DNA from: Clostridia bacterium
GTDB taxonomy: Bacteria > Bacillota > Clostridia > Oscillospirales > Acutalibacteraceae
Assembly: GCA_017518415.1 (NCBI GenBank)
Contig: JAFWVC010000060.1
Span: 13,947 to 77,946 of the forward strand
DNA length: 64,000 nt
Direction: 5' to 3'
Positions 23,908 through 32,424 of this stretch are shown piece by piece. The notes below the pieces were generated by a model. It worked only from the letters and a program-made list of their open reading frames with translations, was not told the origin of the DNA and searched no databases. A program made the position numbers and the translations under genes. How positions within the stretch are numbered: the first letter of the stretch is position 1; every line of letters begins with the position of its first letter.

Positions 23908-24010
23908 AAACGGAAAGCTGCTCCTGCTGCGTGATGCCCGGATAGTCCAGATATTTTTCCGGCCGTGTGTGCTCAAAGCCCGGCAGGCCGGGTGCCTGCG
24001 CAGGAAACGA

Positions 24011-24045
24011 AAAAAGGGTCCGAAACCTTTCGGACCCTTTTTGCC
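24011..24045 (-). terminator. intrinsic terminator after tRNA-Ala
   Basis: AAAAAGGGTCCGAAA-cc-TTTCGGACCCTTTTT palindrome immediately 3' of the tRNA. Confidence 0.75.
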
Positions 24046-24047
24046 GT

Positions 24048-24123
<76 letters not shown>

Positions 24124-24141
24124 ATATCGGCGACGTGTACT

Positions 24142-24170
24142 AATATAGCACACTCGCCTGTGGTTGTCAA
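24142..24170 (-). promoter_or_regulatory. near-consensus sigma-A promoter for the monocistronic tRNA-Ala gene
   Basis: Minus strand: TTGACA, 17 nt ending in TGc, then TATATT. About 18 nt upstream of the tRNA 5' end. Confidence 0.65.
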
Positions 24171-24185
24171 TGCTTTTTTCAAAAA

Positions 24186-24785
24186 TTATTCCTCTTTTTC
24201 GGCCTCGTCGCAAAACTCCTCCGGGTTGGTGCGGATGTATGCGCGGCACAGCGCCAGCGGCTGTTCCTCCTCCGCCGCCTCCAGAAAATCGGCGTGCAGC
24301 TGCGCCATTTCCTCGCTTTCGCCGTGCACGGGCCGCCTGGCCAGCACCTCGTCGACCACGGCGGCGCAGCGCTCGGCGCCGATCAGGCGCAGCCCGTCCC
24401 GCGCCAACTCGTCAAACACGGCGGAGGGCCCGGCGTAAAACCGCTCCCACCCGTCCTGCTCCAGCTCATGGCACAGCAGCCACACGGAGTACACCGCGCT
24501 GCGCCCGGGCGACAGGGGCGGAATATCCTTATACGGGTCCGGCCGGCGTGGATTCAGTTTTTCGTGCAGGTTGGCGATCACGGCGTCGACCAGCTCCTCG
24601 TCGGAGGCGGCGGCCAACAGTTCCGGCGTCATCACGCGGTATTTTTCACCCAGCATACGGCTGCGGCCGTCACGCGCCGGCTTGTCCTTCATCAGCAGCA
24701 GCGCTGCGCCGACCACGACGGCCAGGATGATCAGAATATACAGGTTTCTGTCCGTCTGGATGCCCAAAAAAGCGGTCAGATTCAT
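24186..24785 (-). CDS. membrane-anchored hypothetical protein (DUF4375/DMP19-like C-terminal domain by recollection)
   Basis: N-terminal TM helix (LYILIILAVVVGAALLLM). The motif YSVWLLCHELEQDGWERFY recalls DUF4375. GGAGGA lies 7 nt before the ATG at 24785; the ATG at 24791 overlaps the rsmI stop. Confidence 0.55.
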   Translation of the reverse strand: MNLTAFLGIQTDRNLYILIILAVVVGAALLLMKDKPARDGRSRMLGEKYRVMTPELLAAASDEELVDAVIANLHEKLNPRRPDPYKDIPPLSPGRSAVYSVWLLCHELEQDGWERFYAGPSAVFDELARDGLRLIGAERCAAVVDEVLARRPVHGESEEMAQLHADFLEAAEEEQPLALCRAYIRTNPEEFCDEAEKEE

Positions 24786-24787
24786 AG

Positions 24788-25615
24788 TCATTCCTCCAAC
24801 ATCCGTTTATAGATTTCTCCGCGCGGCCATCCCGTATCCGCCGCGGCCTGCCGGGCGGCGGCGGAAGCGCTCATGCCCCCGGCGCGCAGCGTGCGCGCTC
24901 GTTCCACCGCGGTATCGAGCGTTGTTTCCTCCGGGGCGGCCGGCTCGGCACCGCCGACGATCAGCACGTATTCACCTCGCGGCTCCTTTTCTTCGGTCAG
25001 GCGGACGGCCTGCGCCAGCGTAGTATTGACGCATTCCTCATAGATTTTGGTCAGTTCCCGCACCAGTGCGACAGGCCGGTCACCGAAGGCGGCGTACAGG
25101 TCTTTCAGCGTCGTTTTAAGCTTGTGGGGCGCTTCGTAAAAAATCATGGTGCGCGTCTCGCCGCGCAGCGCCTCCAAATGTTCACGGCGGCTGCCCTTGT
25201 TGACGCTCAGAAAACCCTCGAAGGTAAACCGACCGGCCGGCATACCGGATAAAGCCAGCGCGGCCACCGCCGCGCACGGCCCGGGGATCACGGTAACGGG
25301 CACGCCGGCCTGATGGCAGCGAGCCACCAGATCCTGCCCGGGGTCCGAGATAGCCGGCATACCGGCATCGCTGACCAGTACCATCCGGCAGCCCTGCTGC
25401 AATTTTTGCAGCAGTTCCTCTCCGCGCATCAGCTTGTTGTGTTCAAAATAACTGATCAGCGGCTTGCGGATACCGAAATGATTCAGCAGCTTCAGCGTCA
25501 CCCGCGTATCCTCCGCGGCGATCAGGTCGCAATTTTGCAGCGCTTCCAGCGCGCGCGGCGAAAGATCCGACAAATGGCCGATCGGCGTCCCGACCAAAAT
25601 CAACTGTCCGCTCAC
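24788..25615 (-). CDS. rsmI: 16S rRNA (cytidine1402-2'-O)-methyltransferase
   Basis: GTG start at 25615. SGQLILVGTPIGHLSDLSPRALEALQNCDLIAAEDTR... is tetrapyrrole-methylase fold, typical of RsmI. The part of the track ORF upstream of this is junk. Confidence 0.85.
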   Translation of the reverse strand: MSGQLILVGTPIGHLSDLSPRALEALQNCDLIAAEDTRVTLKLLNHFGIRKPLISYFEHNKLMRGEELLQKLQQGCRMVLVSDAGMPAISDPGQDLVARCHQAGVPVTVIPGPCAAVAALALSGMPAGRFTFEGFLSVNKGSRREHLEALRGETRTMIFYEAPHKLKTTLKDLYAAFGDRPVALVRELTKIYEECVNTTLAQAVRLTEEKEPRGEYVLIVGGAEPAAPEETTLDTAVERARTLRAGGMSASAAARQAAADTGWPRGEIYKRMLEE

Positions 25616-25668
25616 CGGTACCGCCTCACTTTCGCGTGCAGTATAGCATATTTTCCGTGAAAAGGCAA

Positions 25669-25697
25669 TAGACAACGCCGCAAAAAGCGTGTATACT
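25669..25697 (+). promoter_or_regulatory. candidate sigma-A promoter for uvrC
   Basis: TAGACA, 17 nt, TATACT. Confidence 0.45.
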
Positions 25698-25729
25698 GAA
25701 AACAGCAACAAAAAGAGGGGGTGTCGCCG

Positions 25730-27559
25730 ATGAATCCGCATCTGTCCCGGCTGCGCAAAGCCGCCATGGCGCTGCCGCTGCGCCCGGGCGTGTATATCAT
25801 GAAGGACGCGCACGGCCGCATCCTCTATATCGGCAAGGCCAAGGCGCTGAAAAACCGGGTCAGCCAATACTTCGGGTCGGACGCCAATCATTCCCCGAAG
25901 GTGCGCCGGATGGTCGAGCAGGTCGACCGGTTCGATTATCTGGTCGTCGGCAGCGAGTTTGAGGCGCTGGTACTGGAATGCTCGCTGATCAAGCAGCACC
26001 GGCCGCCGTACAACATCCTGCTGAAAGACGACAAAGGCTACCACTACGTCAAGGTGACCCCTCCCCCTTTTTCCCGGCTGGAGGAGGCCAAACAGGTCGC
26101 CGAGGACGGAGCCGCCTACATCGGGCCGTATATGAGCGGCTTTTCCGTCAAACAATCAGTCGACCAGGCGTGTCGTCTGTTCGGCCTGGCCACCTGCCGC
26201 CGGCCGCTGGCCTACGGCAAACCGGCCGGCCGGCCGTGTCTGAACGCCCATATCGGGCAATGCTGTGCCCCCTGCACCGGCCGCATCCGTGAGGAAGAAT
26301 ACGCCGCGCAGGTGTCGGCGGCGCTGGAATACCTGAAACAGGGCAGCGAAAAAACACTGCAAACGCTGACCGAACAGATGAACGCCGCCGCCGAACGGTT
26401 GGAGTTCGAGCAGGCCGCCCGCCTGCGGGACCGCATCGCCGCCATCCGCCGGATGACCGACAAGCAGCACGTCGTACTGCACACCGGCAAACGGCTGGAC
26501 GTCGTGGCCGCCGTGCGGGAGGGGGAACGGCTCTGTTTTCAGGTGCTGCGCTTCCGGGACGGCCGCCTGCGCGAGCAGGAGCCCTTTATCGTGGGCGAAT
26601 ACGACGATCTGCCGGCCGCACGGGCCGAGTTCCTGCGCCGTTACTACACCCTGCGGCAGGACGTGCCGCCCCGCATTCTGCTGGACGGCGAAGCCGAGGA
26701 TGCCGACCTGTTGGCGCAATGGCTGACTTCGCTGGCCGGGCGCAAGGTTCTGCTGACGGTCCCGCAAAAGGGCGAGGGTCTCTCTCTCGTCACGCTGTGC
26801 CGTGACAACGCAGCCGAATATATGGCCCGGCAGCAGGGCCGCGCCGGGCAGACCGTCAAGGCGCTCGACGAGATCGCGGCCCTGCTGGGGCTGGACCGCT
26901 CGCCCGAACGCATCGAATGTTACGATATCTCCCACACCGGCGGCACGCTGCCGGTAGCGGGCATGGTGGTATTTATCGGCGGCAAACCGTACCGGCGGGC
27001 CTACCGGCGCTTTACCGTTGCGCCCGAGCACGGCGGGGACGACGGCGCCGCCATGGCGGAGGTTGTGGGCCGCCGCCTGCGGGAATACCGGGACAGCCCG
27101 GAGGATGAAGCCTTCGGTACCCTGCCGGACCTGATGCTGCTCGACGGCGGACAGACGCAGGTGGCCGCCGTGCAGGCGGTACTGCGGCAGGCCGGCCTTT
27201 CGGTGCCGCTGTACGGTCTGGTCAAGGACGGACACCACCGCACCCGCGCCATCACCGACGGCGGCGACGAGGCGGTGCTCACCCACAAGCAGGCGGCCTT
27301 TGCCCTGCTGGGCACTATACAGGAGGAGGTACACCGTTTCGCCATCACTTACCACCGCAGCAAACGGGATAAAGGCCGCATCCGCACGGTACTGACCGAG
27401 GTGCCCGGCATCGGCCCCTCCAAAGCCAAAGCGCTGCTGCAACGCTTCGGCTCGGTGGCGCAGATCAAAGCGGCCTCGGTGCAGCAGCTCGGCGAAGTGC
27501 CCGGCATATCCGCCGCACTGGCGCAGGCGCTGCACGATCATTTACGGCAAAACGGATAA
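25730..27559 (+). CDS. uvrC: excinuclease ABC subunit C
   Basis: GIY-YIG motif GVYIMKDAHGRILYIGKAKAL, UVR domain (EQAARLRDRI) and C-terminal (HhH)2 GIGPSKAKALL. AAGAGGGGG RBS before the ATG at 25730. Confidence 0.9.
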   Translation: MNPHLSRLRKAAMALPLRPGVYIMKDAHGRILYIGKAKALKNRVSQYFGSDANHSPKVRRMVEQVDRFDYLVVGSEFEALVLECSLIKQHRPPYNILLKDDKGYHYVKVTPPPFSRLEEAKQVAEDGAAYIGPYMSGFSVKQSVDQACRLFGLATCRRPLAYGKPAGRPCLNAHIGQCCAPCTGRIREEEYAAQVSAALEYLKQGSEKTLQTLTEQMNAAAERLEFEQAARLRDRIAAIRRMTDKQHVVLHTGKRLDVVAAVREGERLCFQVLRFRDGRLREQEPFIVGEYDDLPAARAEFLRRYYTLRQDVPPRILLDGEAEDADLLAQWLTSLAGRKVLLTVPQKGEGLSLVTLCRDNAAEYMARQQGRAGQTVKALDEIAALLGLDRSPERIECYDISHTGGTLPVAGMVVFIGGKPYRRAYRRFTVAPEHGGDDGAAMAEVVGRRLREYRDSPEDEAFGTLPDLMLLDGGQTQVAAVQAVLRQAGLSVPLYGLVKDGHHRTRAITDGGDEAVLTHKQAAFALLGTIQEEVHRFAITYHRSKRDKGRIRTVLTEVPGIGPSKAKALLQRFGSVAQIKAASVQQLGEVPGISAALAQALHDHLRQNG

Positions 27560-27565
27560 AAAAGG

Positions 27566-27593
27566 AAGCGGGCGGTCGCAGGACCGCCCGCTT
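27566..27593. terminator. bidirectional intrinsic terminator between uvrC and the beta-helix lipoprotein gene
   Basis: AAGCGGGCGGTC-gcag-GACCGCCCGCTT. Confidence 0.75.
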
Positions 27594-27614
27594 GTTCTGT
27601 ATGGCGGAGAATAC

Positions 27615-29348
27615 TCAGACGGCGGAGTCGCCGTCCGGCTTTTCACCGGGAACCGTTTCGCCCTCGGGAGGTTCCGGAGGAACTTCGCCGTCCGGAGATT
27701 CCGGAGGATCCCCTCCGTCGGAGGAACCGGGCTGCTGACCGGCCGGTTTTTCCGGCGGCGTGCCGCCCTGCCTCGGGCCGTCGGGCCGCATACCGCCCGA
27801 ATCACCCGAGCCGCCCGGCTGGTCCTGTCCAAACGGATCGAACGCGTCTCCGCCGGACCGCTGTCCGCCCTTGCCCATACCGGTGGCGGAGGCGGTCCCG
27901 GCCGTGGCGGTGGCGGCGGCGCTGTCCCCGTTTTTCAGGGTGTATGCGGCGCCGGCGGCCAACTGCGGATCGGCAAACAGGACGTAACCGGCGTTGCGCA
28001 GCGCCGTGGCGCTGTACAGGACGTTGCCGGCGGCGTCGGTGATTTGGATGGTGCTGCCGGCCGTCACGAGGTTGCTCTGTCCGCCGCCCATGCCGCCTTT
28101 ACCGTCGGTACCGCCAAAGGTCACGTACGGCGTCTGAGCGGTATAGCCCTGCGGCATGCCCAGGTGCCCGACGGCGAGGACCGTCGCGCCCTCAAGGCTG
28201 GTGCCCTTGTCGGCGTCCAGCGGATCGCCGTCGCCCTGCGCAGGGGCGTACACTTCCAGCGTACCGCCCGCGAGCCGGATGGTCCCGTTGGAGTCAATAC
28301 CGTCCCCGCCGGTGACGTTGACGTACACGTACCCGCCGTATTGTTCATAACTGAAAGCGTACCCGTTCAGATCCGAGTTGGCGGCGTTGATGCCGTCATT
28401 CGTCGCATTTACCCGGACCACGCCGGAATAAACGCGCAGGGTGGCCGCTTCGATGCCTTCGTTGGCCTGCGTGACGTCGATCGTCGGGCCTTGCTTGCCC
28501 TCGGCGCCGATATTCAGCACGTAGTCGGACTTAATGCCGTCATCCGCCGCGGATACCGTGATATTGCCGGAAAGCAGATTCAGTTCCTTGTCGGCTTTCA
28601 GGCCGTCGTTGACGGTGGCCGTGATTTGCAGCGTAACATTTTGTACCGTCAGTGAGGCTGCGGAGAGCAGCGTGTCGGTCACGTTGCCGTCCTCGTCCTC
28701 CTGGTACAGGTCGTACCCGCCCTTGACGCCGTTTTTGCCGTGGGCCGTGACGCAGATGGTCCCGGTGCCGCCGATGGTGACGTTGGAGCCGTCCTTGCAC
28801 TTGATGACGGCGTTTTCGATATCGGGGTACAGTTCTTCATCAGTATAAACGTCGTCGTTGTTGTACTCGTCGTCTTCCAGATAATTGACGGAGCCCTCCG
28901 CCGCGACGATAGTGACGCCGCTGGCTTTATTGCAGGTGATCGGCGCGGTGGCCGAGGCGGAAAGCGTCAACCCGTCCAGTACGAGGACGACGCCGGTCAC
29001 CCCTTTTTTGACCACGATGGTGCCGTTCCGGCAGCTGCCGGATACAACGTAGGTGCCGCCGTCCTTGATTGACAGCGCCGTGCCTTCCACCTTGTAGCCG
29101 TCGTACGCCCCTTCCGTCGCCTCGATGGCGTCGTCGGAAAATACGAAGCGCGTAGCGTCGGCCGTATCATAGACGGCGATATCCTCCGGCAGGGCGGCCT
29201 GCTCCTGCACCGCCGTGTCGGCGCTTATGCCTCCGGTCCGGCTTTGGCCGGAGGCGTCGGCGTTGTTCTGCGCCGGGGTTCCGGCGGCGCAGGCGGCAAG
29301 GAATACCGTAAACAGCAAAACCGATACGATGCTGAAAAACTTTTTCAT
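27615..29348 (-). CDS. lipoprotein with carbohydrate-binding beta-helix-like domain (Cthe_2159/PF14262-like by recollection) and a G/P/D/S-rich tail
   Basis: AAGGAGGAG RBS. MKKFFSIVSVLLFTVFLAAC lipobox. Repetitive GT..V.....NG.I.V..... beta-helix-like strands. The C-terminal 110 aa are low complexity (GGDPPESPDGEVPPEPPEGE). Confidence 0.7.
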   Translation of the reverse strand: MKKFFSIVSVLLFTVFLAACAAGTPAQNNADASGQSRTGGISADTAVQEQAALPEDIAVYDTADATRFVFSDDAIEATEGAYDGYKVEGTALSIKDGGTYVVSGSCRNGTIVVKKGVTGVVLVLDGLTLSASATAPITCNKASGVTIVAAEGSVNYLEDDEYNNDDVYTDEELYPDIENAVIKCKDGSNVTIGGTGTICVTAHGKNGVKGGYDLYQEDEDGNVTDTLLSAASLTVQNVTLQITATVNDGLKADKELNLLSGNITVSAADDGIKSDYVLNIGAEGKQGPTIDVTQANEGIEAATLRVYSGVVRVNATNDGINAANSDLNGYAFSYEQYGGYVYVNVTGGDGIDSNGTIRLAGGTLEVYAPAQGDGDPLDADKGTSLEGATVLAVGHLGMPQGYTAQTPYVTFGGTDGKGGMGGGQSNLVTAGSTIQITDAAGNVLYSATALRNAGYVLFADPQLAAGAAYTLKNGDSAAATATAGTASATGMGKGGQRSGGDAFDPFGQDQPGGSGDSGGMRPDGPRQGGTPPEKPAGQQPGSSDGGDPPESPDGEVPPEPPEGETVPGEKPDGDSAV

Positions 29349-29466
29349 ATTTGTCTCCTCCTTTATAGTGCGGTTTGTTCTTGAAAAAGCGAGATGCGAT
29401 CTGCTCCGCCGCCGGCGGACTTTTTGGTTCAGGAACAGCCCATATAAAATCCTCCCCTTCATCTGT

Positions 29467-29482
29467 TGACAACAGTATGACA
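29467..29482 (-). promoter_or_regulatory. direct repeat TGTCA-N6-TGTCA, candidate OmpR-family response-regulator site
   Basis: Minus strand: cTGTCAtactgtTGTCAacag, 11-bp periodicity. It sits in the loop of an 11-bp inverted repeat (AATCCTCCCCT/AGGGGAGGATT), about 120 nt upstream of the lipoprotein ATG. Confidence 0.3.
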
Positions 29483-29520
29483 GGGGAGGATTGAAGATAC
29501 ATTGAAGGTTTTGATTTTTT

Positions 29521-30765
29521 TCAGCCGCCGGTTTTCCGGAGCGGGAGCGACACCGTAAACACCGCCTCGCCGTTCCTCCAGGCGGCGCGGATTTCGCCGC
29601 CGTGCGCCTCGGCCACCGCTTTGGCGATAGGCAGCCCCAGGCCGTAATGGGCGTCCTCTCCGCCGCGCGCCTCGTCCGTTCGGTAGAACCGTTCAAACAG
29701 GTGAGAAAGCTGCCCGGCGCTCATCTCGTTTGCCCGGTTGGATACCCGCAGGACCGCCGCATTCTTTTCCCGGCGGAGCGTCAGGAGGATCGGTCCCTGC
29801 GTACTGTGGGACACAGCGTTGTCCAGCAGGATGGAGACCATCTGTTTCAGCTGACCGGGGGTTCCCTCCACCGTCAGCCCCGGGGCAATATCGGAGACGA
29901 TCTGCCGCTCCTGTTCAAACGCATAGCTTTCAAACGGCAGCACCTCGCCGCCGACCAGCTGCGAAAAGTCCAGCGCCTGCCGCGGCAGCCCGCCGCTTTC
30001 GGCGCGCGAGAGGGTCAGCAGCTGCTGCACCAAATCGGACATTCTCTCGTTTTCATAATCGATATTCGCCAGCCACTCGTTTTCGCCGACCTGCCGCCGC
30101 AACAGTTCGCTGTTGGCGGAGATCACGGCGATCGGCGTTTTGAGCTCGTGCCCGGCGTCGGAAACAAAGCGCTTCTGCCGCCGGTCGTTCTCCTCCAACG
30201 GCCGGACGATCCACCGTGCCAAAAAGACCGACGCCGCACACAGCACCGCCAGCGCCAGCGAACCGAACAGCAGCATCTGGCGGATGAGGGTCTGCTGGTC
30301 GTGATCCATCATCGTCCGGTCGATCATAGCAACCAGCTGGTAGGCGCCGCGGTCCTGCGTCAGGAAGAGCACGCTGCCCAGCGCACCGCTTGTTTTTCCG
30401 CTTTGACGGATGCGGTCGGCCAGGGCGATCAGCGACTCGCGGCTCTGCATCGCCTGGTTGTCGTTGCGCACCGCCAGCACCTCGCCGTCCGGCCCGTAGG
30501 CAACCGAATAAAAGGTGGACAGCCGGAATGCCTCCTCGTTTTTGCCGGGGCCCTTTTTGTCCGGCGGCAGGTCGTTTACCGGCGGCAGGTCCGGCGAAGG
30601 CTCTTCCAGAGAATACCGTTCCGCGTACGTCCTGAGCCGCTCCTCGCTTTCGCGCCGCAGGGCCATGCGGTTGGACAGAAAGATCACCGTCAGCGTCACG
30701 GCCATCAGCGCCAACAGGGACAGCACGATCGCCAGCACGATCTTTCTCCTTGTTTTACGGAACAT
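29521..30765 (-). CDS. sensor histidine kinase (two TM, HAMP, HisKA, HATPase_c)
   Basis: H-box SDAGHELKTPIAVI, N-box LLDNAVSH and G-boxes GLGLPIAK. Overlaps the response regulator gene by 11 nt. Confidence 0.85.
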   Translation of the reverse strand: MFRKTRRKIVLAIVLSLLALMAVTLTVIFLSNRMALRRESEERLRTYAERYSLEEPSPDLPPVNDLPPDKKGPGKNEEAFRLSTFYSVAYGPDGEVLAVRNDNQAMQSRESLIALADRIRQSGKTSGALGSVLFLTQDRGAYQLVAMIDRTMMDHDQQTLIRQMLLFGSLALAVLCAASVFLARWIVRPLEENDRRQKRFVSDAGHELKTPIAVISANSELLRRQVGENEWLANIDYENERMSDLVQQLLTLSRAESGGLPRQALDFSQLVGGEVLPFESYAFEQERQIVSDIAPGLTVEGTPGQLKQMVSILLDNAVSHSTQGPILLTLRREKNAAVLRVSNRANEMSAGQLSHLFERFYRTDEARGGEDAHYGLGLPIAKAVAEAHGGEIRAAWRNGEAVFTVSLPLRKTGG

Positions 30766-31438
30766 CGCGGCACCTCAATTCGTATCCGATTCCCCGCAGC
30801 GCCTTGATCTCGCACCGGGAACCGACGAAAGCCAGCTTTTTGCGTGCGAAGGACATATACACTTCCACGTTGTTGTACTCCGCCTCACTATCGTATCCCC
30901 AGATCTTGAGCGCCAGCTGCTCACGGGTCAGCACCCGCCCCCGGTTGGCAATGAGGTATTCGAGCAGACGCATCTCCTTCTCGCCCAGCCGCACGCTTTT
31001 CCCGTCGGCACCGTATAGCGTCGCGCTTTTGACGTCGAGCGTCAGATCCTCGTAGGTCAGGCTGCCGTCGTCGGAGGCGATCCGGCGCCGGCCGAGCGCC
31101 CGCAGCCGGGCGAGCAGTTCCTTCGTCAGGAACGGCTTGGTCAGATAATCGTCCGCCCCGCTGTCCAGGCCGGCGACCTTGTCGTCCACTTCGCTTTTGG
31201 CGGTCAGCATCAAAATCGGCGCAGTCACCCCGGCCCGGCGGGCCTGTTTTGCCACGTCGAAGCCGTTCAGGCCGGGCATCATCACGTCGAGCACGATCAG
31301 GTCATAGATCCCGGTTTCAACAGCGTCCAGCGCGTCCGTGCCGTTGCGCACGGCGTCCACGGCATACCCTTCCTGCCGCAGCAGCTCACACAGTGCGCGG
31401 TTCATCCTCGCCTCGTCCTCTGCCAGCAGAACTCTCAT
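30755..31438 (-). CDS. OmpR/PhoB-family response regulator
   Basis: MRVLLAEDE...DLIVLDVMMPGLNG receiver domain, then a winged-helix C-terminus (...VEVYMSFARKKL...IKALRGIGYEL). Confidence 0.9.
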   Translation of the reverse strand: MRVLLAEDEARMNRALCELLRQEGYAVDAVRNGTDALDAVETGIYDLIVLDVMMPGLNGFDVAKQARRAGVTAPILMLTAKSEVDDKVAGLDSGADDYLTKPFLTKELLARLRALGRRRIASDDGSLTYEDLTLDVKSATLYGADGKSVRLGEKEMRLLEYLIANRGRVLTREQLALKIWGYDSEAEYNNVEVYMSFARKKLAFVGSRCEIKALRGIGYELRCRDVP

Positions 31439-31548
31439 CGTCCATCCCTCCGTTCCGTCCTTTTATACGGCGATAACCTTGAAAATAGATTGAAGACGTC
31501 CGGGCCCGTGGCCGGACGCCTTCTTTTTTTGAGTTTTTCCCGCCCGGG

Positions 31549-32424
31549 TTATCGTTTTTCCCACGGCTTTTGCCGGCGCAGATATTCATATAACGCCAGA
31601 TAACTCTGATACCGCGACGGGGCGATCTCTCCCTGTTCCGCCGCCTGCCGGACGGCGCAGCCCGGCTCCTTCGTGTGGGTACAGCCGCGGAAGCGGCAAT
31701 GCTGTTCCCGGCCGGCAAACTCGCGGAAGCAGCCCTCCAGCGCCTCCGGCCGCATCTGCATATCCATCTCCAAAGAGGAAAAACCCGGCGTGTCCGCCAG
31801 ATAACCGCCCGCAAAGGGCAGCAGTTCGGCCGAGCGGGTCGTATGGCGGCCGCGGCCGAGTTTCCGGCTGATCTCCCCCGTATCCCGCTGCCAGGCCGGA
31901 TCGATCAGATTCAGCAGGCTGGATTTGCCCACCCCGGTATTGCCGGTAAAGGCGCAGATACGCCCTTGCAGGCAGGCGCGCAGCGGCCGGGCCGTTTCCG
32001 GGTCCTGCACGGTCACGGAAAACACCGGCAGCCCCGCTTTGCGGTAGATCTCCTCCCACGGGGCGGTATCTTCCAGATCCGCCTTGGTAAAGACCATCAC
32101 CGGCTCGATATCCTGCTGTTCCGCCAGCGCGATCATTTTATCCAGCAGCAGCGCATCCGGCGCCGGATCCCGCACCGAGCTGACGATCAGCTGCACGTCG
32201 ACGTTGGCCAGCGGGGGACGCCGCAGCTCGTTGCGCCGGGGCAGCAGTTCCCACACGGTGCCGGTCCCGTCCGGCTGCGGTTCGAACAGAGCCAGATCGC
32301 CGACCAGCGGCGTCTGTTTTTTCTGCCGGAACAGGCCGCACGCGCGGCACAGATAAACCGTACCGGCGGATTCTACCCGGTAGAATCCGCCGATGCTTTG
32401 CAAAATACGTCCCTGTTCCATCAT
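31549..32424 (-). CDS. rsgA: ribosome small-subunit-dependent GTPase A
   Basis: GNTGVGKSSLLN P-loop, DTPGF and the Zn knuckle CRFRGCTHTKEPGCAV. Confidence 0.9.
   Translation of the reverse strand: MMEQGRILQSIGGFYRVESAGTVYLCRACGLFRQKKQTPLVGDLALFEPQPDGTGTVWELLPRRNELRRPPLANVDVQLIVSSVRDPAPDALLLDKMIALAEQQDIEPVMVFTKADLEDTAPWEEIYRKAGLPVFSVTVQDPETARPLRACLQGRICAFTGNTGVGKSSLLNLIDPAWQRDTGEISRKLGRGRHTTRSAELLPFAGGYLADTPGFSSLEMDMQMRPEALEGCFREFAGREQHCRFRGCTHTKEPGCAVRQAAEQGEIAPSRYQSYLALYEYLRRQKPWEKR

Noticed and set aside
23908-24010. A roughly 100-nt ORF-free spacer bounded by two terminator hairpins, considered as a small RNA gene.
   Set aside because: Only a weak promoter candidate (TTGAGC-17-TATCTG on the minus strand) and no recognisable conserved structure. 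It cannot be supported from sequence alone.
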